A stretch of 64,000 bases of DNA from Oligoflexales bacterium (GTDB taxonomy: Bacteria; Bdellovibrionota_B; Oligoflexia; Oligoflexales; Bog-1112). Below are positions 1 through 10,513 of this stretch, piece after piece (the stretch's first letter is position 1; the number at the start of each line of letters is the position of its first letter). Made by a program: the position numbers and the translations under genes. Location: the NCBI GenBank assembly GCA_045105515.1, contig JBGCDR010000036.1:14816-78815 (forward strand), in the 5' to 3' direction. The notes beneath the pieces were generated by a model. That model made no database searches. It had not been told where the DNA came from and saw only the letters and a program-made list of their open reading frames with translations.

Positions 1-146
1 TCACCAGCAGAACCACAAGTTTTCATGCTGCCAGTATTTGGGCAATGAGCAGTGACTTGCTTACCGCAGTCAAGGTGAACATCTGCGAGAAAGCGTTTGT
101 AACGTTTTATTAATGTGGCAGGAATCAGTGGTTGCTCAAAATTCAA
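1..146 (-). CDS. sfsA: Sugar fermentation stimulation protein A (DNA/RNA nuclease SfsA), N-terminal part; runs off the window
   Basis: Not in the ORF track. Manual translation from TTG at 146 gives (M)[47 protein letters not shown], containing the SfsA RYKRFLAD and HCPNTG motifs. The start overlaps the patatin stop. Confidence 0.9.
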   Translation of the reverse strand, partial: MNFEQPLIPATLIKRYKRFLADVHLDCGKQVTAHCPNTGSMKTCGSAG

Positions 147-1671
147 GGCCTATCCTTTCAAGCTCAAGTAATTGTCTTTGGGAGGCTAATTCGAAGCCAT
201 ACTTTGCTAATTTTACAAGGTACACCGAATGCCTTTCCCTTAATCGTTGTAAGGTTCCTTTGTATGCAAGCTCCACGAGGTTCGTTCTAATCTTATATTT
301 CATTGGGGAGCCAGCCATAGCTTTCGCACATTCTTCGTGTGGTTGAAAGATTAAAAAGTCAACATTGTGATATTTAGCGGTAATATGATCGAGTGCTACT
401 TGAAAGCGTGAGTTGACCAAAGTCTTAATGGTTTGAATGAGGGTATACACTCCGCCCTTCTTATCTACTTCTCCCGGTTCCCATGAAGCATAGGGGCGCA
501 TGGGATCGATAATAAAGATGAGATTGCAGCCATTTTTGACTACAAGCTCAAGATTGCATGTCCTGGTGATCAAGCCATCAATGAAATGGTGATTTTGAAT
601 CTTGCAGGGGGTGAAAAAGGGAGGAAGAGAGCATGAAGCTCGCACTGCTTCGCTGATATCCACCTGGTCCCATTGACCAGTTCCGAAAACTACATGTTCA
701 AAGGTGTCTTGATTTGTTGCGCCAATAAAAAGCTTATTGTCCAAGGTTGCAAACTGATCATCACTACCATAGCTTGCTAGAGTATCATGGATGAATTTCT
801 TCAGTTTATCTCCCTTGAAAAAGCCTGTAGGTATAGAGCGAATTGCCTTTTGTGCCCATTTATATGGATCAGAGCCTCCCCAGGAAAGTGTTTGCTTCAT
901 AAAGCGCCTAGTGATGTCAGTAAAGGCTATATCGTATATGAGGCTTCCTTTGATTTGAGGCAAAGTTTCAGATTTTCCTAGGAAGGACTTGATCATTTCT
1001 TCAAGGGGGACTTTTGCTGCAAGTGCAGACGAAACAATCGAACCGCTGCTAATCCCGGAATAGACATCACAATCGTTTAACGATCTTCCTGAAAGTGCTC
1101 GCTCAAGAGCATAGCAAACTCCTGTCTGATAAAGGAAGCCTTCCATCCCACCCCCGCTCATGGCGCAGCCGACTTTATACTCGTTGCGGGCGTGGTCTTG
1201 CGTAAGGATCTTGGTGATCCATCTTAGTGATTGGGCTAAGGTACGGGGAGCAACCTGAACATCTCTAACATGCTCTCGGCCTAAGAGGAAAGTTTTGTGT
1301 GTTGCATTTTCCCCTCCTTCAAGAATGGCTACTGCTCGGCTGAGTGGAAAGTGAAAGTCTGGCCCCCAAAGCTGGGCCAAGGAGTCAACGTCTTCTTTTA
1401 TTGATGTAAATGCTTCTACTGCATCCACACCACCTTCTCGCTCATCATAAATAAGCAGGTCCACCGGGTGCTGGCGAAGGTGGGGAGTTACCGCATCGAG
1501 CTGCGAAAGTAAGTGGAGTCTTAGTTCTAAGGCGCCAAGAGAGGGATGTTGAATTTTAAAGCATTCAGCAAAGGATCGGTCATTGATAGCTTGGGCTTCA
1601 AGCCGAGAAAGGTTCGCTTTTGCCTTATTTATCTGGGGAGGAGAGGCGACTAGTAATAAGTAATAACGCAA
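136..1671 (-). CDS. Patatin-like phospholipase with an N-terminal receiver-like domain
   Basis: SGGGMEG glycine loop, GISSG nucleophile (GxSxG) and IDGL catalytic Asp. The N-terminal ~160 aa contains a REC-like DLLIYD strand. Confidence 0.8.
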   Translation of the reverse strand: MRYYLLLVASPPQINKAKANLSRLEAQAINDRSFAECFKIQHPSLGALELRLHLLSQLDAVTPHLRQHPVDLLIYDEREGGVDAVEAFTSIKEDVDSLAQLWGPDFHFPLSRAVAILEGGENATHKTFLLGREHVRDVQVAPRTLAQSLRWITKILTQDHARNEYKVGCAMSGGGMEGFLYQTGVCYALERALSGRSLNDCDVYSGISSGSIVSSALAAKVPLEEMIKSFLGKSETLPQIKGSLIYDIAFTDITRRFMKQTLSWGGSDPYKWAQKAIRSIPTGFFKGDKLKKFIHDTLASYGSDDQFATLDNKLFIGATNQDTFEHVVFGTGQWDQVDISEAVRASCSLPPFFTPCKIQNHHFIDGLITRTCNLELVVKNGCNLIFIIDPMRPYASWEPGEVDKKGGVYTLIQTIKTLVNSRFQVALDHITAKYHNVDFLIFQPHEECAKAMAGSPMKYKIRTNLVELAYKGTLQRLRERHSVYLVKLAKYGFELASQRQLLELERIGLEF

Positions 1672-1674
1672 TGC

Positions 1675-3543
1675 TTACTCTCCAATAGGTTTTACTTTTT
1701 GAACATAACCTTCTAGGGTTTGGGAGTTGACGTAACCGCTTAAGCGTATCATGTCTTTCGTTTGTTTAGGGTCTGCAAGAATTATTAGGGTGGGAAGCCC
1801 TTGGACTTTGTAGCGCTCTTGGATTTCATCGTTCTCATCGGTTGATTCTGTCAAGTCTAGCTTAAGGAGAACCCATTTATGCTTGTTAAGTTTTTCAATG
1901 GTTTGAGGGTTTGAAAAGGTTGTGATATCCATTTTTTTGCAAGCCTCACACCATTCTGCCCACATATCAATAAGCAGAGGCCTCCCAGTTTTGCTTGCAA
2001 GTTCTATTGCTTCTTGTTCATTCTTTATCCAATTTAGCTTGGTTCGGGAAGCCGAAGACTGTTCTGTGGCTATCCATTGACTTACCGAGAAAAATCCAAT
2101 TCCCAGTAGGAAGCTAGGAACAATCATGGCAGCCTTATTATTATGAAGGGCAGCAGTGCTTAGAATGATTATGGCTCCTACGCCCCCTAGACTCAGTCCT
2201 ATGATGCTAAATGGAAGCCAATAAGTGGATAAGGTTTTAAGCATTTGATATGCGGGTACTCTTAAATAATAAAATGCTAAAGCGAACATGATTGAAGCGA
2301 ATAGGATCTTGATTCCAACCTGCCATTTTGGAGAAACCCGCACCTGTGATAAGCGAGCTGCAGCACTGCCTAAAAAAACATATGGGAGACCAAAGCCTAT
2401 GCTATAAACAACAAGGAGTAGGCTAGATTGAAGCATATCTTTTTGAGTTGCGCTGTACGCCAAAAGTGCTGCCAAAATGGGTCCCGTACAAGGAGATGCA
2501 ACTAAGCCTGCTCCAGTCCCCATAATAAACGCATTTGCTGGACCAGCTTTTCCGGTTCCAATACGATTACCGATGTTTTGGAGAAAAGATAGGTTACCAT
2601 AACCAAGCATGGTTGTTCCCAAAGCGAGCATAATAGCTGCAAATGTGAGATTGAAGCTAGCGCTAGCCATGAGATTTCCAAACATTGAGCCAGTCATTGC
2701 TGCGAATATTCCTAGAGCAGAATAGGTGACGATGATTCCTAGGGCATAAGCACTTGCCCCGATGATAGGTTTGTCCCCTTGGCTTGACAAAAGCCTAATT
2801 GTGATCGGAATCATGGGATATACGCAGGGAGTTAGATTCGTTAGGATTCCGCCAATAAACACAAATGTGAAAAGAAGCAGGAGTGGAAGAGAGCCTGTCT
2901 TAACCTGATTCGCAATATTTTCTTCGAAGCCAACCGGCGTTTCATAGATGGTAGGACTATCAGTTGATACAGGTGTTGCTTGCGCGGATGCCTTGGCTTT
3001 GTTTGAAGCGTTTTTGCTATTGTTAAATAAGCTAGCATAGGAGTCATTGCCCGGAAAGACTGGCAACGAGAAAGTTTCAGTGTAGGGGAAAAGGCAGATT
3101 AATGTGGTACAGCCTAGGTAGCGGATTGAGAGTGGAAAGGACTTTTTATCGTAAGCTTGTGGGCCGCTAAATAAGAGGAAAAACTCGCCTCCAGCATAAA
3201 CCTTCACCACTTTTCCGCTAATTGGGTCTTTGAGGTCTGAGGTTTGCGGGCCTTGGATATTGGATAGCAGATATCCACTTGAACTTTCAAAGTCAACTTT
3301 GTCGGTGTAGAGGGTAAAGTCCTGCTCGGTATCAAGGCGAATGGAAACGAGAACACTCCCATCCGGATAAGCATTGGCTCCAGCCATTTGCCAGTGAATC
3401 ACATCAGTGGGTCGAATATCGGTTTCAGTGGGCTCTAAGTCTAGGTTTAAATCTAGGGGTGCGGTGTTTGATTGGGCGAAGGCCGAAGCTGTAACGGATA
3501 CAGCGATTAGCAAACATTGTAAGATTCGAATGGAAAATAACAT
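1675..3543 (-). CDS. dsbD: Thiol:disulfide interchange protein DsbD
   Basis: Signal peptide, N-terminal CTTLIC pair, TM domain with LTPCVYPMIP and ASPCTGP, and C-terminal thioredoxin WAEWCEACK. Confidence 0.9.
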   Translation of the reverse strand: MLFSIRILQCLLIAVSVTASAFAQSNTAPLDLNLDLEPTETDIRPTDVIHWQMAGANAYPDGSVLVSIRLDTEQDFTLYTDKVDFESSSGYLLSNIQGPQTSDLKDPISGKVVKVYAGGEFFLLFSGPQAYDKKSFPLSIRYLGCTTLICLFPYTETFSLPVFPGNDSYASLFNNSKNASNKAKASAQATPVSTDSPTIYETPVGFEENIANQVKTGSLPLLLLFTFVFIGGILTNLTPCVYPMIPITIRLLSSQGDKPIIGASAYALGIIVTYSALGIFAAMTGSMFGNLMASASFNLTFAAIMLALGTTMLGYGNLSFLQNIGNRIGTGKAGPANAFIMGTGAGLVASPCTGPILAALLAYSATQKDMLQSSLLLVVYSIGFGLPYVFLGSAAARLSQVRVSPKWQVGIKILFASIMFALAFYYLRVPAYQMLKTLSTYWLPFSIIGLSLGGVGAIIILSTAALHNNKAAMIVPSFLLGIGFFSVSQWIATEQSSASRTKLNWIKNEQEAIELASKTGRPLLIDMWAEWCEACKKMDITTFSNPQTIEKLNKHKWVLLKLDLTESTDENDEIQERYKVQGLPTLIILADPKQTKDMIRLSGYVNSQTLEGYVQKVKPIGE

Positions 3544-3801
3544 GTTTATATGCCTCCTTTGTCGGTCTTTTCGGCTAGAATAGCAGCTTTTCCTTGGAAG
3601 AAAAACCTAGTGATTTAGGCAGATTAAGCAGCAGTGCTGATCTTAGCTTATTTCCTTTAATAAAGCTCGTTAGTTAGCCACCTTTAGCTTGCAACACCCT
3701 CATGTCTAACACTCCCTGCTCTGAAAAGAAATCACCTTAAACAAAAAATACCATTAAAACGGTAAGATAATCACATTTGGGATTTTTTTCACCAAGGATA
3801 G

Positions 3802-3830
3802 TTGACGAAACGCTTTAGTTTCATTAAAAG
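3802..3830 (+). promoter_or_regulatory. Putative sigma70 promoter of rplX
   Basis: TTGACG-N17-TAAAAG about 76 bp upstream of the rplX ATG. Confidence 0.4.
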
Positions 3831-3906
3831 TACTTGTCTTACGTGGCAAAAAATAATGTAGCTACACTAGAAACAGCAACCTGAGAATCATCATTGGAAG
3901 CCATCA

Positions 3907-4239
3907 ATGAGCAATCAAAAGTACTTAGTAAAAACCAAATTTCGCAAAGGTGACGAAGTTGTAGTCATATCCGGTAGTTCCAAAGGTCAGACCGGCACTA
4001 TCGATCGTCTAGATCGCAAAAACAATAAGGTGTTTGTAAGCGGGATCAATGTCCGTAAGCGCCACCTTAAGCCAGATGCTAGTAACCCAGATGGCGGAAT
4101 TGTTGACAAGACTTTGCCTGTCCATTTAAGCAATGTTGCTATTGTTGATCCAAAGACTAAGAAGCCAAGTCGAATTGGTTTTAAAGTTGAGGAAGGCAAG
4201 AAAATTAGAGTTTCAAGAACTTCTGGAAGTTCTCTCTAG
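3907..4239 (+). CDS. rplX: 50S ribosomal protein L24
   Basis: KOW motif FRKGDEVVVISGSSKG, plus VSGINVRKRHLKP, GGIVDKTLPVHLSNV and RIGFKVEEGKKIR. Confidence 0.95.
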   Translation: MSNQKYLVKTKFRKGDEVVVISGSSKGQTGTIDRLDRKNNKVFVSGINVRKRHLKPDASNPDGGIVDKTLPVHLSNVAIVDPKTKKPSRIGFKVEEGKKIRVSRTSGSSL

Positions 4240-4298
4240 GTAACTGAGCTGTTTTTTCGATCCTTCATCAAACCTATTTGTGTATTAGATGCCTTTTG

Positions 4299-4557
4299 GA
4301 GATCTCTCGATTCGCTCTGTTCACCCGAGATGGCGGAGTTTAATCGTGCTATTTCAAATCTATCAAAGCTAAAATAAATCTCATAAGCATAGCTGGTGGC
4401 ATATAAAAATTCCTCGAGCTTATGCGTTCTCAATATGGCCGATGCGCAGAAAAGTCATGCCCCGAATAGCAAACGCAAAGTCATGCTGACCGAGATGTGG
4501 CTATGCCACCGATTCGCTCTATGTCATGCCGACCGGCCTTAGGAGTGGAGGTGTCTC
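4299..4557. repeat. Cluster of degenerate REP-like palindromic elements between convergent genes
   Basis: GAGATCTCTCGATTCGCT...CCGAGATGGC at 4299-4334. AAAGTCATGC occurs at 4451 and 4477, GATTCGCTCT at 4309 and 4511, CCGAGATG at 4325 and 4490. GTCATGCCGACC...GTGGAGGTGTCTC at 4523-4557. Related to 10822-10930. Confidence 0.55.
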
Positions 4558-4559
4558 CC

Positions 4560-6077
4560 TCACTTACCCTGGCGGATACGGCTCAATTTGAGTAGTTCCG
4601 AATCCGTATTGCTTAAGTCAGTAACGGGAGATGTGAGTGCGATTAGGAATAGTTCCAAATTTCTAATCTGAGACTTGTCGAATCTTAGCGGGAGGAGAGT
4701 CTCTTCTCTATGTCCTATCCCTGAGTTTTCAGGAATGTCATCGTAGTGATTAAGAACATCGGCCAGTTTCGAGAAACGCCCATCATGCGCGTAGGGTGCA
4801 CGCTGTGCCACGTTTCTCAGGCTTGGTGTTTTGAACGCTCCTACTAATTCTAAATTTTCGGAATCTAGCCAAGGTAATTCTTGACAGGATTCTCTGTTTT
4901 CATCGATCAGGCCACCTTGACAGTTCAAGGGGTTTTTCCGAACCATTAAAACCCCCATCGATCGACCAACATCAATATAAAGGTTCTGGATATTTAGGGT
5001 GAGATTTTTTTGCAAAGGGAGGCCTATATTGTGGAATTGTTGATCAGAAAAGTGAGGTCCCATATGACAGGAAGAGCAGTTTCCTGGGCCAGTAAAGAGG
5101 CGCAGACCTTCAAGTTCACTTTTGCCAAAGCCTTCTCCTAGAGCATCTGGGATTGGTATGCCTGCCTTGACTCTCTTAGCGAACTTGTCGAATGGGGAAT
5201 TTACTGCGATGATTCCGGTTTCATATTGAGCTACAGCTTTACCGAAATTAGCAAAGACTTGATTGATTGCAGCTTGCTGGCCTGGGGACAGTTGTTGCCA
5301 GGCTTTTACCCAGGAACTTGGTGTTTTGGGAGTAAAATCTGATAATCTAGATACAAGTTTAGCAGGAGAGGTGCCGAGCCTGCTGGATTTTACGAGCAAA
5401 GCATCTTGAATGCTGAAACTGTCCAAACTAGCAAGTGTGTATGCTGACATTTTGGCTGAAGCATCAAAACTTCCATCCTCACCTTTTGCTTCTAGTGGCA
5501 GTTTACCTTTTAAACTATCGGGAAACTTGTCAAAGTGTCGCTCGTATTCTTTTTGATAGTGGTCCCGGAGAATGCGAGCAACATGAGTTCTGCTTATGCC
5601 ATGTTCCATAGGGTGCTCTATGGGGCCTAAAGCTTGGGATGCTAAGGAATCAGCTCTCCCGTCCCAAAAAAACCAAAATGAAGCAAATGAATTGATGATG
5701 CTTGGGGTGCGCCTGAGGGTCTGGCCTAAACCCTGAGCAAATTGTAATCCATCGCTAAAATATTTTTCGGGCTGGTGGCAACTAGCACAAGCAATTTCTT
5801 TATTAGCTGAAAAACGTTTATCAAAAAAAAGCTTTTTACCAAAACGTGCTAGCTGTTGGTCTTGATCTGAAAATTTTGGCAGCTCGCTAGCTGAGTATGT
5901 CATTTGCCTAATTTCTGTTGCTAGTTCTATGTCTGACGGGATTGGCCGATTGGAGTGAGGGCGTATATTGGGAAGCAAGTTCCAAGTAGTGACGCTAATT
6001 GTTGCTAGGCCAAGCATGGTGAGTAGGTGTCGTGAGTTAAAACGTTTTAATTTCTTATGACTACGGCTATTTTTCAT
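4560..6077 (-). CDS. Di-heme cytochrome c peroxidase family protein (CcpA/MauG/MbnH superfamily)
   Basis: GKKLFFDKRFS, CASCH, FFWDGRADSL, second heme CSSCH, FHNIG and GAFKTPSLRNVA...PYAHDG; N-terminal TM/signal. Confidence 0.9.
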   Translation of the reverse strand: MKNSRSHKKLKRFNSRHLLTMLGLATISVTTWNLLPNIRPHSNRPIPSDIELATEIRQMTYSASELPKFSDQDQQLARFGKKLFFDKRFSANKEIACASCHQPEKYFSDGLQFAQGLGQTLRRTPSIINSFASFWFFWDGRADSLASQALGPIEHPMEHGISRTHVARILRDHYQKEYERHFDKFPDSLKGKLPLEAKGEDGSFDASAKMSAYTLASLDSFSIQDALLVKSSRLGTSPAKLVSRLSDFTPKTPSSWVKAWQQLSPGQQAAINQVFANFGKAVAQYETGIIAVNSPFDKFAKRVKAGIPIPDALGEGFGKSELEGLRLFTGPGNCSSCHMGPHFSDQQFHNIGLPLQKNLTLNIQNLYIDVGRSMGVLMVRKNPLNCQGGLIDENRESCQELPWLDSENLELVGAFKTPSLRNVAQRAPYAHDGRFSKLADVLNHYDDIPENSGIGHREETLLPLRFDKSQIRNLELFLIALTSPVTDLSNTDSELLKLSRIRQGK

Positions 6078-6137
6078 GTTATTTCTGTACTCGCTTAATC
6101 TAGCCTAATTGATTCAGGCTTTTTGGGGGGAGTGAAT

Positions 6138-6659
6138 ATGGTAAAAATTATTATAATACCTACTTTCTTTTTTCTCTGGTGTGTTTCAGCCTCGAGTTTC
6201 AGTGTTGAGTTAGGGAGAGCGGTGATTCCAAGCCAGGGAGTTCAGCTTATAGTAGAAACCTTTGTCCAAAAAGAAGTAAGTCCAAGTCATGGGTCATCTT
6301 TTACTAGTGATAATCAACAAACAAATTTACAAGATAAAAAGCTAGTAGGTACAAAGAAGCTGGCAATAAATCAAGCGGGCACTAAGCTTTCTATAAACCG
6401 CATGACTGATCTCAGGATTAGCGTCCATAGTCTGAAAGAAGGACAAAATCTTTCAAGCCCATATGAATTAGTCTTTTTTGATGCTCGGATGCCTGAGCAC
6501 AACCATGGCATGGTTGTGAAACCTAAGATTAGTCAGCTTGACGATTTGCATTGGAAGGTAGAGGGTTTTAAGCTACATATGAAGGGTCTGTGGCAATTTT
6601 ATCTCACTGTAAAAGTTGGGCAAACAGAAGAGAAGGTGGGCTTTGATCTCGACATTTAG
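6138..6659 (+). CDS. Exported YtkA/FixH-like Ig-fold protein with a His/Met motif
   Basis: Signal peptide, then DARMPEHNHGM...P...GFKLHMKGLW. ATG at 6138 follows GGGAG. Confidence 0.6.
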   Translation: MVKIIIIPTFFFLWCVSASSFSVELGRAVIPSQGVQLIVETFVQKEVSPSHGSSFTSDNQQTNLQDKKLVGTKKLAINQAGTKLSINRMTDLRISVHSLKEGQNLSSPYELVFFDARMPEHNHGMVVKPKISQLDDLHWKVEGFKLHMKGLWQFYLTVKVGQTEEKVGFDLDI

Positions 6660-6802
6660 ATTAAAATCTGTTTTCCATATTACTTTATTAAAATCAGATG
6701 AATATTGAATGCCTAGTCCCAAAAAATCGCTTTAATCATTTTGAATGCGGTTTTATAAAGGTTCATTATAAGGGGAGAAACCCACAGTAAAGGAGTGGCT
6801 AG

Positions 6803-7972
6803 TTGAAGAACTCTGGTGTCTTTAGATCGCGGGGGGTAAGTTGGTTGATGAATAAACTGTGCTTTACTTTGGGAAGCTTGCTAGTAGCTGCTTCAGCATT
6901 TGGAGGGAATCAGCCTTTCGATGAAGCTGATTACACTATTAGCGCAACTCTTTCGTCACCTATGAATACCATTGCAGGCTTAACGGAATGGGCCAAGAGC
7001 ATAAATCATGTGTATGGCATCACTTCGATCGTGCTTATACTTGTTTTCTTTGCAGTTAGCCTTCCTTTAATCTATGCAATCTATAAATTTCGAGTGAATG
7101 ATGATGAAGACCTAAAAAACTTGAAGCCTCCAAAACAGGTCCATGGCAATGTCATGCTAGAGCTTGCTTGGACCATCATACCTGTTATTCTTCTGCTCTT
7201 AATAGCTATTCCTACTTGGGAAGGAATTTTTAGTCAGCCCAGTACTCCTCCTGAGGGTGCTTTGAAGATCAAAGTCATAGGGCATCAATGGTGGTGGGAA
7301 TTTGAGTATCCTGAGCTAGGAATCACGACAGCTAGTGAGGTTCATTTGCCTGAAGATACTCCGGTCTATTTTGAATTGAGTTCAGCTGATGTTATCCATA
7401 GTTTTTGGATACCTCAATTTGGCGGAAAAAAAGATGTTCTACCAGGTGCTGATGCGATCAATTCCATGTTTTTTACAACCCCGAAGCTTGCCAATCCAGA
7501 CAAAGCAGGGGGTGAGTACTATCAGGGCCAGTGCGTAGAGCTTTGCGGTTTGTCTCATGCTCTTATGCGTTTTGAAGCTGTGCTTCATTCCAAAGAAGAG
7601 TTTAACAGCTGGGCGAAGACTCATAATCAATCTCCTGAGATAGCATCTGATTTGGAAAAGAAAGGTGAGTTACTTTTCGCACAGTGCCAAGTTTGCCATA
7701 CTATCGCGGGAACTCCATCTGAGGATTTGGAAAAGCAAATGCTCGCAATGGATCCCCCAACTCCGAAGCAAGGGCCTAACCTTACGAATTTTGGTGACCG
7801 CCGGACCTTAGGCTCGGGTACAAGAAAGAATACCTATGAAAATTTTGCTAAATGGGTAAGGGACCCTCAGTCCATTAAGCCTGGTGCTACCATGACAGCA
7901 TTTAACATGTCAGATGATGATATGCAGGCAATTGCAGCATATTTGAGGTTTTCGACAGCAAAACAGTATTGA
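6803..7972 (+). CDS. ctaC: Cytochrome c oxidase subunit II with fused cytochrome c (caa3 type)
   Basis: GHQWWWEFEY, DVIHSFW, CuA ligands CVELCGLSHALM, and C-terminal CQVCH...M heme c domain. AAGGAG precedes the TTG start. Confidence 0.95.
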   Translation: MKNSGVFRSRGVSWLMNKLCFTLGSLLVAASAFGGNQPFDEADYTISATLSSPMNTIAGLTEWAKSINHVYGITSIVLILVFFAVSLPLIYAIYKFRVNDDEDLKNLKPPKQVHGNVMLELAWTIIPVILLLLIAIPTWEGIFSQPSTPPEGALKIKVIGHQWWWEFEYPELGITTASEVHLPEDTPVYFELSSADVIHSFWIPQFGGKKDVLPGADAINSMFFTTPKLANPDKAGGEYYQGQCVELCGLSHALMRFEAVLHSKEEFNSWAKTHNQSPEIASDLEKKGELLFAQCQVCHTIAGTPSEDLEKQMLAMDPPTPKQGPNLTNFGDRRTLGSGTRKNTYENFAKWVRDPQSIKPGATMTAFNMSDDDMQAIAAYLRFSTAKQY

Positions 7973-8031
7973 TTATTGTCTGAATGGTACGCATACCTTC
8001 ATAGAATTGATTTAGTTTAGAATGGGATAAT

Positions 8032-9840
8032 TTGATGGCTAAAAATCTACCGAAAACCGGGATTGTGAGTTGGTTGACTACCGTTGACCATAAACGGATA
8101 GGGATCTTGTATGGGGCCACTGCCTTGTTCTTTCTTTTGTTTGGTGGGGCAGAAGCAATTTTTATGCGAACCCAACTTGCTCTTCCTAATAATAGTTTCC
8201 TAGATGCTGGTACTTTCAATGGTCTTGTGACTCTGCATGGAACTACCATGATTTTTCTTTTTGTGATGCCCTTAAGTGCTGCTTTTTTTAACTACCTGAC
8301 CCCCTTGATGATTGGAGCTCCAGATGTAGCCTTTCCAAGAATGAACGCTCTGAGTTATTGGATCTTTCTTTTTGGGGGTCTGTTACTTAATTTCTCTTTT
8401 GTTGTTGGATTGTTACCAGATGGTGGGTGGTTCAACTACGCTAATCTTACAGGTCCTAAATACAGCCCTAGTCATGCAATTGATTTCTGGGTTTTAGGGG
8501 TGCAGGTTGTGGGTCTTGCCTCCTTGATTGCAGCAATTAATTTTTTTGTGACTATCATGAATATGCGTTGTAAGGGAATGACTTTACTTAAAATGCCCAT
8601 CTTTATTTGGACTACACTGGTAACTCAGGTCTTACTAATTCTAGCTCTACCTGTGATTACTGTAGCTTTAGTCATGATGACTTTTGACCGTTCCTTTGGT
8701 ACTGGCTTTTTTGATCCAGGAGCTGGTGGTCAAGTTATTATGTGGCAACATTTGTTCTGGATTTTTGGCCATCCAGAAGTATATATCCTTATTCTTCCTG
8801 CTATGGGTATTGTATCTGAGATATTACCAACTTTTTCTCGTAAGCCATTGTTTGGCTATTCCGTTATGGTTTATTCATCTTGTGCCATTGGCTTTTTAGG
8901 CTTTGCTGTATGGGCTCACCATATGTTTACCACAGGACTAGGTCCTTGGGCTCAAGCTCTTTTTTCAGCAGCTACCATGCTTATTGCGGTTCCAACAGGT
9001 GTTAAAATCTTTAATTGGGTCTCTACCTTGTGGGGGGGGCATATCCGTTTTACAACCCCGATGCTTTTTGCCTTGAGCTTTATTGCAATGTTTACTCTTG
9101 GTGGCCTTTCTGGGATTATGCACTCCTCCCCGCCAATTGATTATCAGCATCAGGATACTTATTTTGTTGTAGCTCATTTCCATTATGTCTTATACGGCGG
9201 AGCCGTTATGGCCTTATTTGGTGGCATCTTCTACTGGTTCCCGAAAGTTACAGGACGCTTTATGGATGAGGGGATGGGGAAGCTACAGTTTTGGCTTTAT
9301 ATGATTGGATTTAATTTAACTTTTTTCCCAATGCATTTTCTTGGACTGCAAGGTATGCCAAGAAGAATTTATACTTACGCTCCAGATCAAGGATGGAATC
9401 TGTGGAATTTGATGTGTACGGCAGGAGCATATATTACTGCTGCTGGAGGGGTTCTATTCTTTATTAACATTTTTTATAGCTTAAAGTTCGGAAAGAAAGC
9501 TCCTCATGATTGCTGGGATGGTCGGACTCTTGAGTGGACTCTGTCTTCTCCTCCTCCCGAGTATAATTTTGCCGTTGATCCAGAGGTAAAGGCTCTTGAT
9601 GATTGGTGGTTAAGAAAGTGGGATAATCAAGGTAAGCGCTTGAATCCAGAGGTTCAGCCAGAAGTGGATCCAAGTACTAAATACCTACCAAATCCATCAT
9701 TCTGGCCAATGGTGCTTGCTTTTGGGATTTTGTTGTTAGCATGTGGTCCATTTTTTGATGCGAAGGGAATTGCTTTAAGTTTGCTTGGGGTGCTTGTCAT
9801 GCTGATTGCTACTTATGGTTGGTCTTTCGAGGAGGCATAG
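8032..9840 (+). CDS. ctaD: Cytochrome c oxidase subunit I (A1 type)
   Basis: TVDHKRIG, FGHPEVY, WAHHM and VAHFHY, with extra C-terminal TM helices. Confidence 0.97.
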   Translation: MMAKNLPKTGIVSWLTTVDHKRIGILYGATALFFLLFGGAEAIFMRTQLALPNNSFLDAGTFNGLVTLHGTTMIFLFVMPLSAAFFNYLTPLMIGAPDVAFPRMNALSYWIFLFGGLLLNFSFVVGLLPDGGWFNYANLTGPKYSPSHAIDFWVLGVQVVGLASLIAAINFFVTIMNMRCKGMTLLKMPIFIWTTLVTQVLLILALPVITVALVMMTFDRSFGTGFFDPGAGGQVIMWQHLFWIFGHPEVYILILPAMGIVSEILPTFSRKPLFGYSVMVYSSCAIGFLGFAVWAHHMFTTGLGPWAQALFSAATMLIAVPTGVKIFNWVSTLWGGHIRFTTPMLFALSFIAMFTLGGLSGIMHSSPPIDYQHQDTYFVVAHFHYVLYGGAVMALFGGIFYWFPKVTGRFMDEGMGKLQFWLYMIGFNLTFFPMHFLGLQGMPRRIYTYAPDQGWNLWNLMCTAGAYITAAGGVLFFINIFYSLKFGKKAPHDCWDGRTLEWTLSSPPPEYNFAVDPEVKALDDWWLRKWDNQGKRLNPEVQPEVDPSTKYLPNPSFWPMVLAFGILLLACGPFFDAKGIALSLLGVLVMLIATYGWSFEEA

Positions 9841-9908
9841 GTTTCTGGTTATGCGTATTGTGAGTTAAGCTAAGGTAGCTCGTTTTCTAAAATTTTCGGG
9901 GGGAGTCA

Positions 9909-10502
9909 GTGAGCGCACAAGATCATGCAGTCCATGAGACTGTGACTGGAGTAGATAATCGCAAGTTTGGGATGTGGATATTGATAGCATCCGAATGCTT
10001 TTTGTTTGGCACTCTCATTGCCAACTATCTTATCAATAAGGCTAGAGGCTTGGTTGGTCCTACTCCTCAACAGATTTATGACATAGATATTACGACACTT
10101 AGTACTTTTGACCTTCTTATGAGTTCGGTAGCTATGGTTCTGGCTCTCCATGGTTGTCAAACCCGTGACATAAAGAAATTTCGATTATGGACTGGGGTTG
10201 TTGTCGTAGGTGGGCTTATTTTCTTAGGTTTTCAGTACTATGAATTCTCTCACTTTGTACACAGTGGCCTTGGTTTAACCACAAATATATTTGGTTCAAG
10301 TTTTTACTTACTTACAGGTTGCCATGGTGCTCACGTATTCTTTGGCGTCCTTTGGCTTAGTTCGATTTTAATTACTTCTTTTGCCAAGGGTGAAGATTGG
10401 TTTCCCTCTATCCCACTAGAAGTTGCTGGGCTCTACTGGCACTTTGTGGATGTTGTGTGGATTATAATATTTACCGTAGTCTATCTGTTTGTCTTTGTTT
10501 AG
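9909..10502 (+). CDS. ctaE: Cytochrome c oxidase subunit III (short form)
   Basis: GMWILIASECFLF, LTGCHGAHV and LYWHFVDVVW. Confidence 0.95.
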   Translation: MSAQDHAVHETVTGVDNRKFGMWILIASECFLFGTLIANYLINKARGLVGPTPQQIYDIDITTLSTFDLLMSSVAMVLALHGCQTRDIKKFRLWTGVVVVGGLIFLGFQYYEFSHFVHSGLGLTTNIFGSSFYLLTGCHGAHVFFGVLWLSSILITSFAKGEDWFPSIPLEVAGLYWHFVDVVWIIIFTVVYLFVFV

Positions 10503-10513
10503 GGGGATCGGGT

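Noticed and set aside
136..1671. Patatin as a CBASS CapV effector
   Set aside because: No CD-NTase or cap genes are nearby; the neighbours are dsbD and sfsA.
4236..4433. 65-aa minus-strand ORF after rplX
   Set aside because: It runs through the REP-like element and has no recognisable motif, so it is probably spurious.
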